DNA of 64,000 nucleotides from an uncultured Candidatus Saccharibacteria bacterium (GCA_964428615.1 CAYRXZ010000002.1:968-64967); one strand, 5' to 3'; counted from the first letter of the stretch, positions 27,992 to 38,485 are shown. The notes: a model not told the origin generated them from the letters alone. Numbers and translations are program-made.

Positions 27992-29008
27992 ATGAAAAAA
28001 GACGTTGATAAAAATAAGACTCAAGATAATGTCGGTGATATAGATAAATTTGTGGAGTCCATAAATGAAAAATTTGGCGAAGGTACAATGATGAGGCTGG
28101 GCGAGATAAAGAAGGTTAATGTGGCTTCTATCTCAACAGGCTCTTTTTCTTTAGATTTAGCGCTGGGAGTCGGCGGTTTGCCAAAAGGTAGGATAGTGGA
28201 GATTTTTGGACCGGAATCAAGCGGTAAGAGCACTATGGCGCTTCATGTAATAGCTGAAACTCAAAAGAAGGGTGATAAAGCTGCTTATATTGATGCCGAG
28301 CACGCCATGGATCCGGATTATGCTAAAAAGCTTGGCGTTAAACTAGACGAACTTTTGATTTCCCAGCCAGATAGCGGTGAAGACGCTTTAAATATTTTAG
28401 AAGCGCTTGTGCGTTCCGGAAAAATAGATGTTGTTGTTATTGATTCTGTGGCGGCTTTAACTCCTCGGGCGGAAATAGAAGGTGAAATGGGAGCGCAATT
28501 TATTGGTCTTCAAGCAAGAATGATGGGTCAGGCATTAAGAAAAATTACGGCGTTGGCTGCCAAAGGAAATGTTTTAATTATTTTTATAAATCAGTTGCGC
28601 GATAAAATTGGAATGATGGGCTATGGCGAACCGACAACTACCCCGGGCGGTAGAGCATTAAAATTTTTCGCTTCAGTAAGAATTGATTTAAGGCGTATTG
28701 CTCAAATTAAAAAAGGAGAAGAGGCGGTTGGTAATCGTACTCGCGCCAAAGTCGCCAAAAACAAAGCGGCAGCGCCGTTTAAAATCGCGGAATTCGACAT
28801 AATATATGGTGAAGGAATTTCTTATGAGGGCGACATACTCGCTGTAGCGATTAAAAATGGAATTGTTAAAAAAGCCGGAAATACTTACAGTTTTGAAAAC
28901 GAAAAGATTGGAGTTGGCATGGAAGCCAGTCGCGAAAAACTCAAAGAAGACAAAAAACTTTTAAATGAAATAAAGAAAAAAACACTGGAAGTTCTTGATG
29001 TTAAATAA
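27992..29008 (+). CDS. recA: recombinase RecA
   Basis: [37 protein letters not shown]; ATG at 27992. Confidence 0.98.
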   Translation: MKKDVDKNKTQDNVGDIDKFVESINEKFGEGTMMRLGEIKKVNVASISTGSFSLDLALGVGGLPKGRIVEIFGPESSGKSTMALHVIAETQKKGDKAAYIDAEHAMDPDYAKKLGVKLDELLISQPDSGEDALNILEALVRSGKIDVVVIDSVAALTPRAEIEGEMGAQFIGLQARMMGQALRKITALAAKGNVLIIFINQLRDKIGMMGYGEPTTTPGGRALKFFASVRIDLRRIAQIKKGEEAVGNRTRAKVAKNKAAAPFKIAEFDIIYGEGISYEGDILAVAIKNGIVKKAGNTYSFENEKIGVGMEASREKLKEDKKLLNEIKKKTLEVLDVK

Positions 29009-29365
29009 ATGACTGCTTTTATTTATATAATAAATAGGGTTTTCTACCGGTTCGTTGATTTTTGGCAGCATTGGTATATTGGCAGTTTTAAAATAGCAAA
29101 TCATATTCTTTTATCTTTATTGGAAAGATTAGATAGGAGAATAGCGTTAAAAATAACCTTTAAAAATTTTTTTCAGCCATTATATCAAGATAGAAGTTTT
29201 ATAGGTTATGTTTTAGGATTTATTTTTAGGACAATTCGCCTATTTTTCGGCGGAATTTTTTATTTATTTGTTGTTATTTTAGTACTGACGGCTTATCTTT
29301 TTTGGCTGGTAATTCCACTTTTAATTATTTTTGAAATTATTAAGGGTATAAATTCTAAGCTTTAA
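29009..29365 (+). CDS. hypothetical membrane protein upstream of the Clp ATPase
   Basis: hydrophobic C-terminal helices; abuts recA stop and lies 5 nt before the next gene. Confidence 0.7.
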   Translation: MTAFIYIINRVFYRFVDFWQHWYIGSFKIANHILLSLLERLDRRIALKITFKNFFQPLYQDRSFIGYVLGFIFRTIRLFFGGIFYLFVVILVLTAYLFWLVIPLLIIFEIIKGINSKL

Positions 29366-29370
29366 GTTTT

Positions 29371-31887
29371 ATGGAAAACATATATTTTGACGAGCCGCGT
29401 TTGAAAATGACCATGTTTGGGAGAACGGCGATTCGTTTTGCCTCTTATTGTTTTTATGCGATTTTTTCAGTTGCAGCCTTTATATTTTTAATGTCTGATG
29501 TAGATTTTTTGTTTTGGGTTGGAGTTTTTAGTACATTATTTCTTTTTTACAGAATTATCCATCTTAAACAAGCCGATGCCGAGCTTTTTAGTATTAAAAA
29601 TAAAATTTCTCCAGAAGAAAAAATAAATATCAGAAAATATTTTTCTCCAACAAGTATTTCGGTTTTAGAGCGAGCACTGGGAAAATCATTGGCTTCAAAA
29701 ATAAATTTTTTCCTTTGCCTGACTGATTTTTTAGCTAAAACAAAAGAGATAGAAAACGGACTTGAAAGAATGAGTATCTCTTTATCTGAATTTCGCGGTA
29801 AAATAAATAATTTAAAAAATAATTCTAAAGAAAAAGAATCATTTTATAAACAGGAAATAATTTCTAAAATTGAAAATTTAGCCAAAATTTCTTTTGAGAT
29901 TGCGCTTGCGAATAACGAAAAATTTGTTGAACCAAGAAATATTTTTTCAGCATTGAGTTTGATTAAAGAAGAAAAAATATCGCAGTTGTTAAATTATTTT
30001 TCAATAGACCCGAAAGACGTAGAAAATGCGCTTATTTTTAGCCGTTTTAAAAATAAGTTTAGGTGGCTTAAAAAACTTCCGGCTTCTTTGGGTGGATTTG
30101 CGAATAAGCCATATAAAATACGCCATCGTTTTATGAATAGGGCGTGGACTGCCAGGCCGACGCCGACACTAGATAAGTACGGCACGGATTTTACTGATTT
30201 GGCACGCGAAGAAAGAATAGGCTTTTTAATTGGGCATCAAAATGAATATGACCATATGACAGATGTTTTGTCGCGTCAGAACAAGTCAAATGTTCTTTTA
30301 GTGGGAGAACCAGGCAGCGGAAAAGAAACAATAGTTTGTCATTTGGCGTATGAATTAGTGAAAGATAAGACTCAACAAAAACTTTTCGATAAAAGATTAG
30401 TATCTTTATCTTTTGGCAGTTTAATTTCGGGCGCCGCAGATGCCGAAATTGCTTTACGTATCAGTAAAATAATTGAAGAAATAGTTTTAGCGGGGAATAT
30501 TATACTTTACATTTCTGATGTTCACAATCTTTATAAAACTTCCGGCCAACAATCTATGAGTGCGGCAGATATATTAATACCGGCGATTACAGGAGACGCC
30601 TTCCCGGTAATAGCAGCTACTTATCCGAAAGAATATAAAGAATATATTGAATCAAAAAGTGATTTTGTCAGCGCGTTTGAAATGATAAGGGTAGATGAAA
30701 TTAGTGAAGACGAAGCTATAAAGCTTTTAACGTACGATGCCATTATTTTAGAAAATCAGATGGGGGTTATTATATGTTTTGAAGCTATAAAGCAGGCGGT
30801 TTTTTTGGCGCATAAATATTTCCGCCAAAAATTATTGCCCTCAAGCGCGGAAGATTTACTTAAAGAAGCATTAGCGGATGCTAGCCAAAAAGGGAGTAGG
30901 ATTTTATCAGGAAATGACGTTATCGCTATTGCTGAAAGAAAAACAAATATACCCATTCATAAAACAACAAAAGAAGAAGCAAATAAGCTTTTAAATTTAG
31001 AAAATATAATCCATCAAAAATTAATAGATCAAGAAGAAGCGGTTAAATCGGTTAGCAGGGTTTTGCGTGAGTATCGGAGCGGACTTTCACGAAGGGGCGG
31101 GCCTATCGCGGTTTTTCTTTTTGTCGGTCCGACCGGCGTGGGCAAAACCGAACTTTCTAAAATTTTAACCAAAATTCAATTCGGTTCGGAGAATATGATG
31201 ATCCGTTTTGACATGTCGGAATATCAAAACAAACAAAGCATTGCCAGATTTATTGGTTCGCCTGATGGTAAAATTGCCGGCGCTTTAACCGAAGCGGTAA
31301 TTCAAAAACCATATTGCTTAATTTTACTTGATGAATTTGAAAAAGCCCATCCGGATATTTTAAACTTATTTTTACAGTTGTTTGACGAAGGCAGATTAAC
31401 GGATAATTTAGGCAGAACGGTTGATTTTACAAATACAATTATTATTACTACATCAAATGCCCATTCCGATTTTATAAAATCACACATTGAAGCACACACT
31501 TCATTTGGGATTATTACAGGAGAGCTTAAGAAAAAACTTACAGATTATTTTAAGCCAGAATTACTTAATCGTTTTTCCGACATCATTGTTTTTAAAACGC
31601 TTTCAATTTCCGATATTGAGGCGATAGCCGGTTTTCAACTTGCTGATGTGGCAAGAACGGTAGAAGAATCCCATGGAATAAGTTTGGTTTTTGACGAAGC
31701 GGTAGTTAAAAAAATTGCCGAATTGGGGTTTGACCCGGTATTCGGCGCCAGGCCGTTACGGGGAGTAATCTCGGAGAAAATTCGCAGTGTTTTAGCGGAA
31801 AAAATTTTGCGGGGCGAAATAGAAAAAGGGAATAACTTGTATGTTTCATTAGATAGTCGAGAAAACCTTGATTTTATATCAAAATAA
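29371..31887 (+). CDS. ClpA/ClpB/ClpC family AAA+ ATPase with N-terminal TM segments
   Basis: two AAA modules (GEPGSGKE; GPTGVGKTEL, DMSEY, LDEFEKAHP, FGARPL); two N-terminal hydrophobic helices. Confidence 0.9.
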   Translation: MENIYFDEPRLKMTMFGRTAIRFASYCFYAIFSVAAFIFLMSDVDFLFWVGVFSTLFLFYRIIHLKQADAELFSIKNKISPEEKINIRKYFSPTSISVLERALGKSLASKINFFLCLTDFLAKTKEIENGLERMSISLSEFRGKINNLKNNSKEKESFYKQEIISKIENLAKISFEIALANNEKFVEPRNIFSALSLIKEEKISQLLNYFSIDPKDVENALIFSRFKNKFRWLKKLPASLGGFANKPYKIRHRFMNRAWTARPTPTLDKYGTDFTDLAREERIGFLIGHQNEYDHMTDVLSRQNKSNVLLVGEPGSGKETIVCHLAYELVKDKTQQKLFDKRLVSLSFGSLISGAADAEIALRISKIIEEIVLAGNIILYISDVHNLYKTSGQQSMSAADILIPAITGDAFPVIAATYPKEYKEYIESKSDFVSAFEMIRVDEISEDEAIKLLTYDAIILENQMGVIICFEAIKQAVFLAHKYFRQKLLPSSAEDLLKEALADASQKGSRILSGNDVIAIAERKTNIPIHKTTKEEANKLLNLENIIHQKLIDQEEAVKSVSRVLREYRSGLSRRGGPIAVFLFVGPTGVGKTELSKILTKIQFGSENMMIRFDMSEYQNKQSIARFIGSPDGKIAGALTEAVIQKPYCLILLDEFEKAHPDILNLFLQLFDEGRLTDNLGRTVDFTNTIIITTSNAHSDFIKSHIEAHTSFGIITGELKKKLTDYFKPELLNRFSDIIVFKTLSISDIEAIAGFQLADVARTVEESHGISLVFDEAVVKKIAELGFDPVFGARPLRGVISEKIRSVLAEKILRGEIEKGNNLYVSLDSRENLDFISK

Positions 31888-31901
31888 ATTAATATTTAAA
31901 A

Positions 31902-32576
31902 ATGAAAATAAAAATAGATATAAATATTAAAATAAACAAGGTAATAAAACATTTGGTTGTTTCGGACCTTCTTTTTTTGGGAAGTTGGGGAATGATTTCT
32001 CCGATTTTTCCCATTTTTATTATTTCAAAAATTGAAGGCGCAAGCGTGATTATTGTGGGAGTTGTTGCCGCGCTATATTGGTTGGTAAAATCACTTTTTC
32101 AATTACCAGTATCAAAATATCTTGATAAAGAAAAAGGAGAAAGGGATGACTTTTATGCTCTTGTTACAGCAGTAGCTTTAGCAGCGGTGGCTTCTTTTAG
32201 TTTTGCTATGACTAAAAGTTTATGGCAATTATTTTTGACGCAATTTTTGTACGCTTTAGCCATGGGATTGTATATTCCTGCATGGACGTCAATTTTTTCA
32301 AGGCATTTAGACAAAGATAGAATCTCATTTAATTGGTCTTTGGATAGTACTGCTGTTGGACTGACTTCATTTGTCGCCGCGATTTCAAGTGGATTTTTAG
32401 TAAGTTGGCTTGGATTTTCTTTTGTATTTTTTGCCGTAGGTACATTGTCCCTTTTAAGTGCTCTTCTTATCTTTTTCACTCCAAGCCTAATTGTTCCTCC
32501 AAAAGCCACTACTGGTGCTGAAGAGAAATTGTCTTTGGAAATGAGAGATCATACTCCAGCGGGATTAGGTAAATAA
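31902..32576 (+). CDS. MFS-like membrane protein (half-size)
   Basis: about six TM helices, QLP.SKYLDK..G motif. Confidence 0.7.
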   Translation: MKIKIDINIKINKVIKHLVVSDLLFLGSWGMISPIFPIFIISKIEGASVIIVGVVAALYWLVKSLFQLPVSKYLDKEKGERDDFYALVTAVALAAVASFSFAMTKSLWQLFLTQFLYALAMGLYIPAWTSIFSRHLDKDRISFNWSLDSTAVGLTSFVAAISSGFLVSWLGFSFVFFAVGTLSLLSALLIFFTPSLIVPPKATTGAEEKLSLEMRDHTPAGLGK

Positions 32577-32585
32577 AATTTTATT

Positions 32586-34325
32586 ATGGCCAATCAAGAG
32601 ATTGCTAAGATTTTTTATAAAATCGCCCTTTATTTTGAAATGGATGATGTGCCTTTTAAGCCGCAGGCGTATGAAAAAGCGGCAATAAATTTGGAAATTC
32701 TTTCTGGGGACGTAGTAGATATTTATAAAAAAGGTGGGCAAGAGGCGTTAAAAGAAATTCCTGGAGTCGGGAAAAATATTGCAGATAAAATTATTGAATA
32801 TATCAAAACAGGAAAAATAAAAGAATATCAATCGTTGAAGAAAAAAATACCCGTTGATATCGAAGAACTTATTTCGGTTGAGGGAATTGGACCGAAAGGT
32901 GTTAAGTATTTATATAAAACTCTTAAAATAAAAAATCTTAAGGATTTGGAGCAGGCGGCAAAAACCGGAAAGATTAAAAATTTGCCGAACTTTGGCGAGA
33001 AAAAAGAGCAAAATATTTTAGAAGGCATTGAATTTTTAAAACGCAGCAAGGGCAGATTTTTACTTGGCGAAATTTTACCAAGAGTTCAAGAAATTATTTT
33101 AAGGCTCAAAGAGTTAAAGGAAGTTAAGCAAATTTCTGAGGCTGGTTCTGTTCGTCGCAGAAAAGAGACAATCGGCGATGTTGATATTTTAATAACATCG
33201 CCAAATCCCAAAAAAGTTATTGATTATTTTGTGGCGATGCCGGGTGTGGTTAAAATTTGGGGTAAAGGTCTGACAAAAGCTTCGGTAAAACTAAAAGATG
33301 GCTTTGATGTTGATTTGCGAGTTTTGCCTGACAGTCAATTCGGTTCGGCGCTGCAATATTTCACAGGTTCAAAAGAGCATAATATTGTTTTAAGGAAAAT
33401 TGCCATTGATAATGGCTTAAAATTAAGCGAATATGGGCTTTTTAGAGGTTCTAAGATGGTTGCCGGTAAAACAGAAAAAGAAATCTATAAGACTTTAAAG
33501 ATGGACTATATTGAGCCGGAATTAAGAGAAAATACCGGCGAAATTGATTTTGCCCTGAAAAAGAATTTACCCAAAATTATTAACTATAGTGACATAATGG
33601 GCGATTTACACATTCATTCAAAGTGGGGCGACTCTAAGCGCGAGGGTAAGAATTCAATTAAAGAATTAGCGGAATTGGCGATAAAAATGGGTTATCAATA
33701 TATTGGCATTGCCGACCATACAAAATTTTTACGAATTGAAAACGGTTTAAATGAAAAGCAATTAATTGAACGCAATAAAGAAATTGATAAGCTAAATACA
33801 GAATACAAGGTACAAAATACTAAATTTAAAATATTTAAGGGTTGCGAGACGAATATTATGGCTGACGGTTCGATTGATATCGAAGATAAAGTTTTGGCGC
33901 AAATGGATTTTGTTATTGCTGGAATTCATTCGCAGATGAAAATGCCAAAAGTACAAATGACTGAAAGAATAATTAATGCTATGAAAAATCCGAATATCGA
34001 TATTATTTCTCATCCAACTGGCAGAATTTTAAAGAAAAGAGATGAATATGAGGTTGATTTCGAAAAACTTTTAAAAGTGGCTGAAGAGACAAGAACAATT
34101 TTAGAAATAAATGCCTCACCAATAAGACTTGATTTAAACGACATTCGTATAAAAAAAGCGAAACAAGTCGGAGTGAAAATGATTATAAACACGGATGCTC
34201 ATAAAAAAGAGCAATTGCGGTTTATGGAATATGGAGTTTCGCAGGCGCGTCGCGGCTGGACGGAAAAGAAGGATATAATAAATGCTTGGCCCGTGGAGAA
34301 ACTTTTAAAGATGATGAAAAAATAA
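32586..34325 (+). CDS. polX: DNA polymerase X / PHP domain protein
   Basis: HhH motifs, AGSVRR.KETIGDVD, YFTGSKEHN, PHP DLHIHS, INTDAH. Confidence 0.95.
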   Translation: MANQEIAKIFYKIALYFEMDDVPFKPQAYEKAAINLEILSGDVVDIYKKGGQEALKEIPGVGKNIADKIIEYIKTGKIKEYQSLKKKIPVDIEELISVEGIGPKGVKYLYKTLKIKNLKDLEQAAKTGKIKNLPNFGEKKEQNILEGIEFLKRSKGRFLLGEILPRVQEIILRLKELKEVKQISEAGSVRRRKETIGDVDILITSPNPKKVIDYFVAMPGVVKIWGKGLTKASVKLKDGFDVDLRVLPDSQFGSALQYFTGSKEHNIVLRKIAIDNGLKLSEYGLFRGSKMVAGKTEKEIYKTLKMDYIEPELRENTGEIDFALKKNLPKIINYSDIMGDLHIHSKWGDSKREGKNSIKELAELAIKMGYQYIGIADHTKFLRIENGLNEKQLIERNKEIDKLNTEYKVQNTKFKIFKGCETNIMADGSIDIEDKVLAQMDFVIAGIHSQMKMPKVQMTERIINAMKNPNIDIISHPTGRILKKRDEYEVDFEKLLKVAEETRTILEINASPIRLDLNDIRIKKAKQVGVKMIINTDAHKKEQLRFMEYGVSQARRGWTEKKDIINAWPVEKLLKMMKK

Positions 34326-34333
34326 CGAAGAAA

Positions 34334-34675
34334 TTATATTTTCTTCGCTATTTTTTCAAAAACGTCCGGTTCGTTTTGGGCCAGTTCGGCCAATATTTTT
34401 CTGTTAAGTTTAATATTCGCTTTTTTCAGGCCGGCTATGAATTTACTATAAGAGATATCTTGGGTTCTTGAAGCGGCATTAATTTGCACTTGCCAAAGTT
34501 GGCGGTAATTTCGTTTTTTTTCCTTTCTGCCCTGGAAAGCATGCGTCCAAGCGTGAAGCAGTGCTTCTTTAGCCGCTCTTTCCTTAGATTTTCTCCCCCA
34601 TTTAAACCCTTTGGTATATTTAAGAATTTTTGTTCTCTTTTTATTTGCGGTTGTGCCGCGTTTAACTCTGGTCAT
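34334..34675 (-). CDS. rplT: 50S ribosomal protein L20
   Basis: MTRVKRG, RQLW..INAA.R, LNRKILAELA. Confidence 0.97.
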   Translation of the reverse strand: MTRVKRGTTANKKRTKILKYTKGFKWGRKSKERAAKEALLHAWTHAFQGRKEKKRNYRQLWQVQINAASRTQDISYSKFIAGLKKANIKLNRKILAELAQNEPDVFEKIAKKI

Positions 34676-34678
34676 AGC

Positions 34679-34855
34679 TTAATGATATTTTTTTATTATT
34701 TTATTTCCATCGCTCATTTCCCGGTAACGTTTTTTTCTGTTTTTCTGGACAGTTCTCTTTTTCGCCAGATTGTGCCCTTGACCCATTGTCCTTTTCAGGA
34801 TTTTTCCGGTTTTTGTAATTTTTATTCTTTTTCTAACGCTATGTTTTAAATTCAT
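34679..34855 (-). CDS. rpmI: 50S ribosomal protein L35 (not in ORF track)
   Basis: MNLKHSVRKRIKITKTGKILKRTMGQGHNLAKK...; between infC and rplT with ATGA overlap. Confidence 0.9.
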   Translation of the reverse strand: MNLKHSVRKRIKITKTGKILKRTMGQGHNLAKKRTVQKNRKKRYREMSDGNKIIKKYH

Positions 34856-35358
34856 TTTTTTGCTATTTGCATCGTCATTCCTCGGCCTCCGAATTTCGGC
34901 TCGGAAATAACTTTGTATTCAATGGTTATTATTTTTAAAAATTCATTCAATTTTTGCTTAGCCCAGTCTTTATTAGCTTTTTCTCTGCCCTTTAGCTGAA
35001 ACATAATCTCCACGTTATTGCCTTTTGTGAGAAATTTTTCGACTAGCCGCGCTTTTATATCCAAATCGTTTTTTGCCGCTCGCGGGCTAACTCTAATTCC
35101 TTTTAATTCTCCGATTTTCTGCGAAGATTTTTGTTTTTTTAACTCTTTTTCTTTTTGAAATCGGAATTTATCAAAATCAATCATTTTCGCCACCGGTGGT
35201 TTGGCCATTGGAACTGTTTCTATTAAATCAAGTTCGCTTTCTTGCGCCAATTTAAACGCCGCTTCGCGCGACATTATACCGATGCTTTCTCCCTTTTCGT
35301 TTACAACCCTAAGCTCGGGAGCTGTTATTTGATTGTTAACTCTGTAATTTATTTGCAA
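34852..35358 (-). CDS. infC: translation initiation factor IF-3
   Basis: VNNQI.APELRV, LDL.E..P.AKPPVAK, KGRE; non-ATG start (TTG at 35358 or ATT at 35367). Confidence 0.95.
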   Translation of the reverse strand: MQINYRVNNQITAPELRVVNEKGESIGIMSREAAFKLAQESELDLIETVPMAKPPVAKMIDFDKFRFQKEKELKKQKSSQKIGELKGIRVSPRAAKNDLDIKARLVEKFLTKGNNVEIMFQLKGREKANKDWAKQKLNEFLKIITIEYKVISEPKFGGRGMTMQIAKK

Positions 35359-35378
35359 ATTATTAATTTATTAATTGG

Positions 35379-35722
35379 TGGTGGAGATGGGGGTATTGAA
35401 ACCCCGTCCAAATGCTTTTCTAAAAAACTTCTACAAGCTTAGTCCCGATAGTTTGAAGAATTAAGAGATATAATCGGGACGAAAAACTCTTAACTCTTTT
35501 GCCTAATGGTCTCCCGGTTTTTGGCGGAAACCGGAACGAGCTCAAGTTATAACACCCTTGCCGCTAATATGAGCAATTAGCGAAGGATGCCGCATTTACG
35601 CAAAAGCGAATGCGGGAGCAACATTTCTGTTGGCAGTTATATATTTTTTGATTGGTTTAACGAGTCAATCGGCTCGGCTGCTGTTTTTTTGAAATGAACA
35701 TTTGTCGAAGCCTGGCATCCCC
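35379..35722 (-). ncRNA. ssrA: tmRNA
   Basis: 5' GGGGATG...TTCGAC, 3' T arm and CATCTCCACCA; tag frame ANRNVAPAFAFA* at 35634-35596; next to smpB. Confidence 0.95.
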
Positions 35723-35729
35723 AGTTGCT

Positions 35730-36170
35730 TTAGAGATGGCTCGCCATCTCTCTGTCGGCCTCTCTTTTTTTGAGAAGCTCTCTTTTATCCGCTTTTTTGC
35801 GACTTTTTGCTAATCCGATTTCAATTTTTATCAGATTTAACTTGCCTTTAGTATAGACTTTGAGAGGCAGTAAAGTCAAGCCTTTTTCTTGTGTTTTACC
35901 TATTAATTCTTTTATTTCATTACTTTTTAAAAGTAATCTGCGCGTGCGTTTTGAATTATAATCTTCCGGCGCATTTTTTGGCTGATATGCCGGAATGTCG
36001 GCGCCTAAAAGCCAAAATTGGTTTTCTCTAAAGACAACATAAGAACTAGCCAGATTTATTCTGCCATTTTTTATTGATTTAACCTCAAGGCCCTTTAATT
36101 CAACTCCTGCTTCAAAGGTTTTAAGGATTTCGTGGTCAAAATATGCTCTTTTATTGGTGGTGATAACCAT
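35730..36170 (-). CDS. smpB: SsrA-binding protein
   Basis: NKRAYFD, EAG.EL.G.EVKSI, R.LLL...EI, K..DKRE. Confidence 0.97.
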   Translation of the reverse strand: MVITTNKRAYFDHEILKTFEAGVELKGLEVKSIKNGRINLASSYVVFRENQFWLLGADIPAYQPKNAPEDYNSKRTRRLLLKSNEIKELIGKTQEKGLTLLPLKVYTKGKLNLIKIEIGLAKSRKKADKRELLKKREADREMASHL

Positions 36171-36247
36171 GTGTTAAGTATCATGTATCATGTATTAAGT
36201 ATCAAGTATCTCTTTAAATTTATCTTTTTATCAATTAAAATAAGACT

Positions 36248-37954
36248 ATGATTAAAGCGGATATCGGTAAATATATCGATGAGGCGGTAAAAAAACTTTT
36301 TAGCCGCGAAATATCTTTTAATATTTTAATTCCGGAAAAAGAAAACTTTGGGCATTATTCAACCAATGCTGCTTTGAAATTGGCAAAGACTTTAAAGAAA
36401 AATCCAATGGAAATAGCGGAAAGTATTGAACATCAAGTATTAAGTATTAGTAAGGGATTTTTTGAGAAAATAGAAGTGGCACAACCTGGATTTATAAACT
36501 TCTGGGTTTCAAAAGAAATATTGCAAAAAGAGTTTGGCGGAATTTATAAAGCGGGCGATAAATGGGGCAAAACAAAAAATAAAGATAAAAAAAATGTTAT
36601 CGTTGATTATTGCGGTGTAAATATTGCTAAGCCGATGAGCGTGGGTCATTTACGTTCAACAATAATAGGACAAGCCTTGTATAATATTTTTAAATTTAAC
36701 GGTTGGAAAGTTATTGGAGATAATCACTTGGGTGATTGGGGAAAGCAATTTGGAGTTTTAATTGCGGCGTACAAGGAATACAAAAACAAACAAGCAAAGA
36801 AGAGTAAAAAAATTACCATAGACGATTTAATGGAATTATATGTAGATTATACTGCGCGAATGAAGGTGAATATTAAACTTGAAGAAATGGCGAGAGAAGA
36901 GACGAGAAAACTTCAATTCAACGAGAAAGAGAACATTAAAATCTGGAAAAAATTCCATAAAATAACATTTGGCGAACTTCAGGAAATTTTTAAAATACTT
37001 GAAATAAAATTTGACCATCAATTGGGCGAAAGTTTTTACAGTTCAATGCTTGAAAATGTCGTTAAAGACGCGATTAAAAATAGAGTTGCCGTAAAAAGTG
37101 AAGGCGCTATTGCTATTTTTATTAATAGAGATAAGGCTCCATTTTTAATACAAAAATCCGATGGTGCTTATTTATATGGGACAACAGATATCGCCACGGT
37201 TAAATATAGAATAGAAAAATTTAAAGCGGATATTATTTTGTATGTAATTGGAAACGAACAATCATTACATTTAGTCCAATTATTTGAGGTAGTAAAAAAA
37301 TTAGGAATTGTGAAAAATCAAAAATTAATTCATGTTAAATTCGGCTTAGTGCTTGGCGAGGATATGAAAAAACTTTCCACACGGACGGGAAAGCATATTT
37401 CTTTGGAAAATTTATTAAACGAAGCGGTTAAAAGATCTGCGAAAATTATTGAGAATAAAAATCCAAAGTTAAGCGTTAAAAATAAAAAGAAAGCAGCAGA
37501 AATTATTGGCATCGGCGCTGTGAAATATAATGATTTATCCCAAAACAGGCAATCGGATATTATTTTTGATTGGGATAAAATGCTTAATTTTGACGGGAAC
37601 TCAGCCCCATACATTCAATATACTTATGTGCGGTTAAAAAGCATTTTGAGAAAAACTAAGACGTCAAAATTTAATCCAAAATATCTTACCGAGAAATTGG
37701 AAATGGATTTAATTTTAAAACTGGAAGAATTTCCCGATGTTATTAAAAATATTACAGATACTTATTTTACCCATTATTTGTCGGACTATTTATTTGAATT
37801 AGCAAGAATAACAAATGTTTTCTATCAAACAATGCCGGTTCTTAAAGCCGAAAAGGGAAAAAAAGAAGCTCGTCTTGCTTTGATTAAATCAGTAACTGAG
37901 ATTTTAAAAACTGGACTTAATCTTTTGGGAATAAATATTTTAGAAAAAATGTAA
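36248..37954 (+). CDS. argS: arginine--tRNA ligase
   Basis: FGHYSTNAA, PGFINF, N.AKPMSVGHLRS, HLGDWG.QFG, GNSAPYIQY. Confidence 0.96.
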   Translation: MIKADIGKYIDEAVKKLFSREISFNILIPEKENFGHYSTNAALKLAKTLKKNPMEIAESIEHQVLSISKGFFEKIEVAQPGFINFWVSKEILQKEFGGIYKAGDKWGKTKNKDKKNVIVDYCGVNIAKPMSVGHLRSTIIGQALYNIFKFNGWKVIGDNHLGDWGKQFGVLIAAYKEYKNKQAKKSKKITIDDLMELYVDYTARMKVNIKLEEMAREETRKLQFNEKENIKIWKKFHKITFGELQEIFKILEIKFDHQLGESFYSSMLENVVKDAIKNRVAVKSEGAIAIFINRDKAPFLIQKSDGAYLYGTTDIATVKYRIEKFKADIILYVIGNEQSLHLVQLFEVVKKLGIVKNQKLIHVKFGLVLGEDMKKLSTRTGKHISLENLLNEAVKRSAKIIENKNPKLSVKNKKKAAEIIGIGAVKYNDLSQNRQSDIIFDWDKMLNFDGNSAPYIQYTYVRLKSILRKTKTSKFNPKYLTEKLEMDLILKLEEFPDVIKNITDTYFTHYLSDYLFELARITNVFYQTMPVLKAEKGKKEARLALIKSVTEILKTGLNLLGINILEKM

Positions 37955-37957
37955 ATT

Positions 37958-38485
37958 ATGGTTATTGTTTTTACCGGCAATGGAAAAGGAAAAACAACAG
38001 CTGCTTTAGGTCAAGCGATAAGAGCATTAGGCAGAGAGAAGAAAGTCTTAATAATTCAATTTATTAAAAATTGTGAAAGCGGTGAGCATTTATTTTTCAA
38101 GAAAATTCAAACGATTGATTTTTCTGAGAAAATCAAAATAATTCCGGCCGGGAAGGGATTTGTGAAGATTTTAGGCGATAAACTTCCATTAAGCGAACAT
38201 AAAAAAGCCGCTAATAATGCCTTAAAATTGGCTAAAAAGGAGATTTTAAGCGGAAAATGGGATTTAGTTGTTTTGGATGAAATTAATGTGGCAACGAACA
38301 TTAAATTAATCAAAGAGAAAGACGTTTTTAAAATTTTATCGTGTAAGGTTGTGCCGGTGGTAATTTTAACGGGTCGTGGCGCGCCAAAAAGTTTTATTAA
38401 AATAGCGGATTTGGTTACGGAAATGAAAGAAATAAAACACCCTTTTAAAAAAGGCGCGGCAGCTCAAATCGGAGTTGAATTTTAA
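37958..38485 (+). CDS. cob(I)alamin adenosyltransferase, CobO/BtuR family
   Basis: TGNGKGKTTAALG.A.RA.G, QFIK, LDEI, LTGR, ADLVTEM..IKHPF..G. Confidence 0.9.
   Translation: MVIVFTGNGKGKTTAALGQAIRALGREKKVLIIQFIKNCESGEHLFFKKIQTIDFSEKIKIIPAGKGFVKILGDKLPLSEHKKAANNALKLAKKEILSGKWDLVVLDEINVATNIKLIKEKDVFKILSCKVVPVVILTGRGAPKSFIKIADLVTEMKEIKHPFKKGAAAQIGVEF

Noticed and set aside
34484-34849. 121-aa plus-strand ORF
   Set aside because: Antisense to rplT and rpmI, which explain the region
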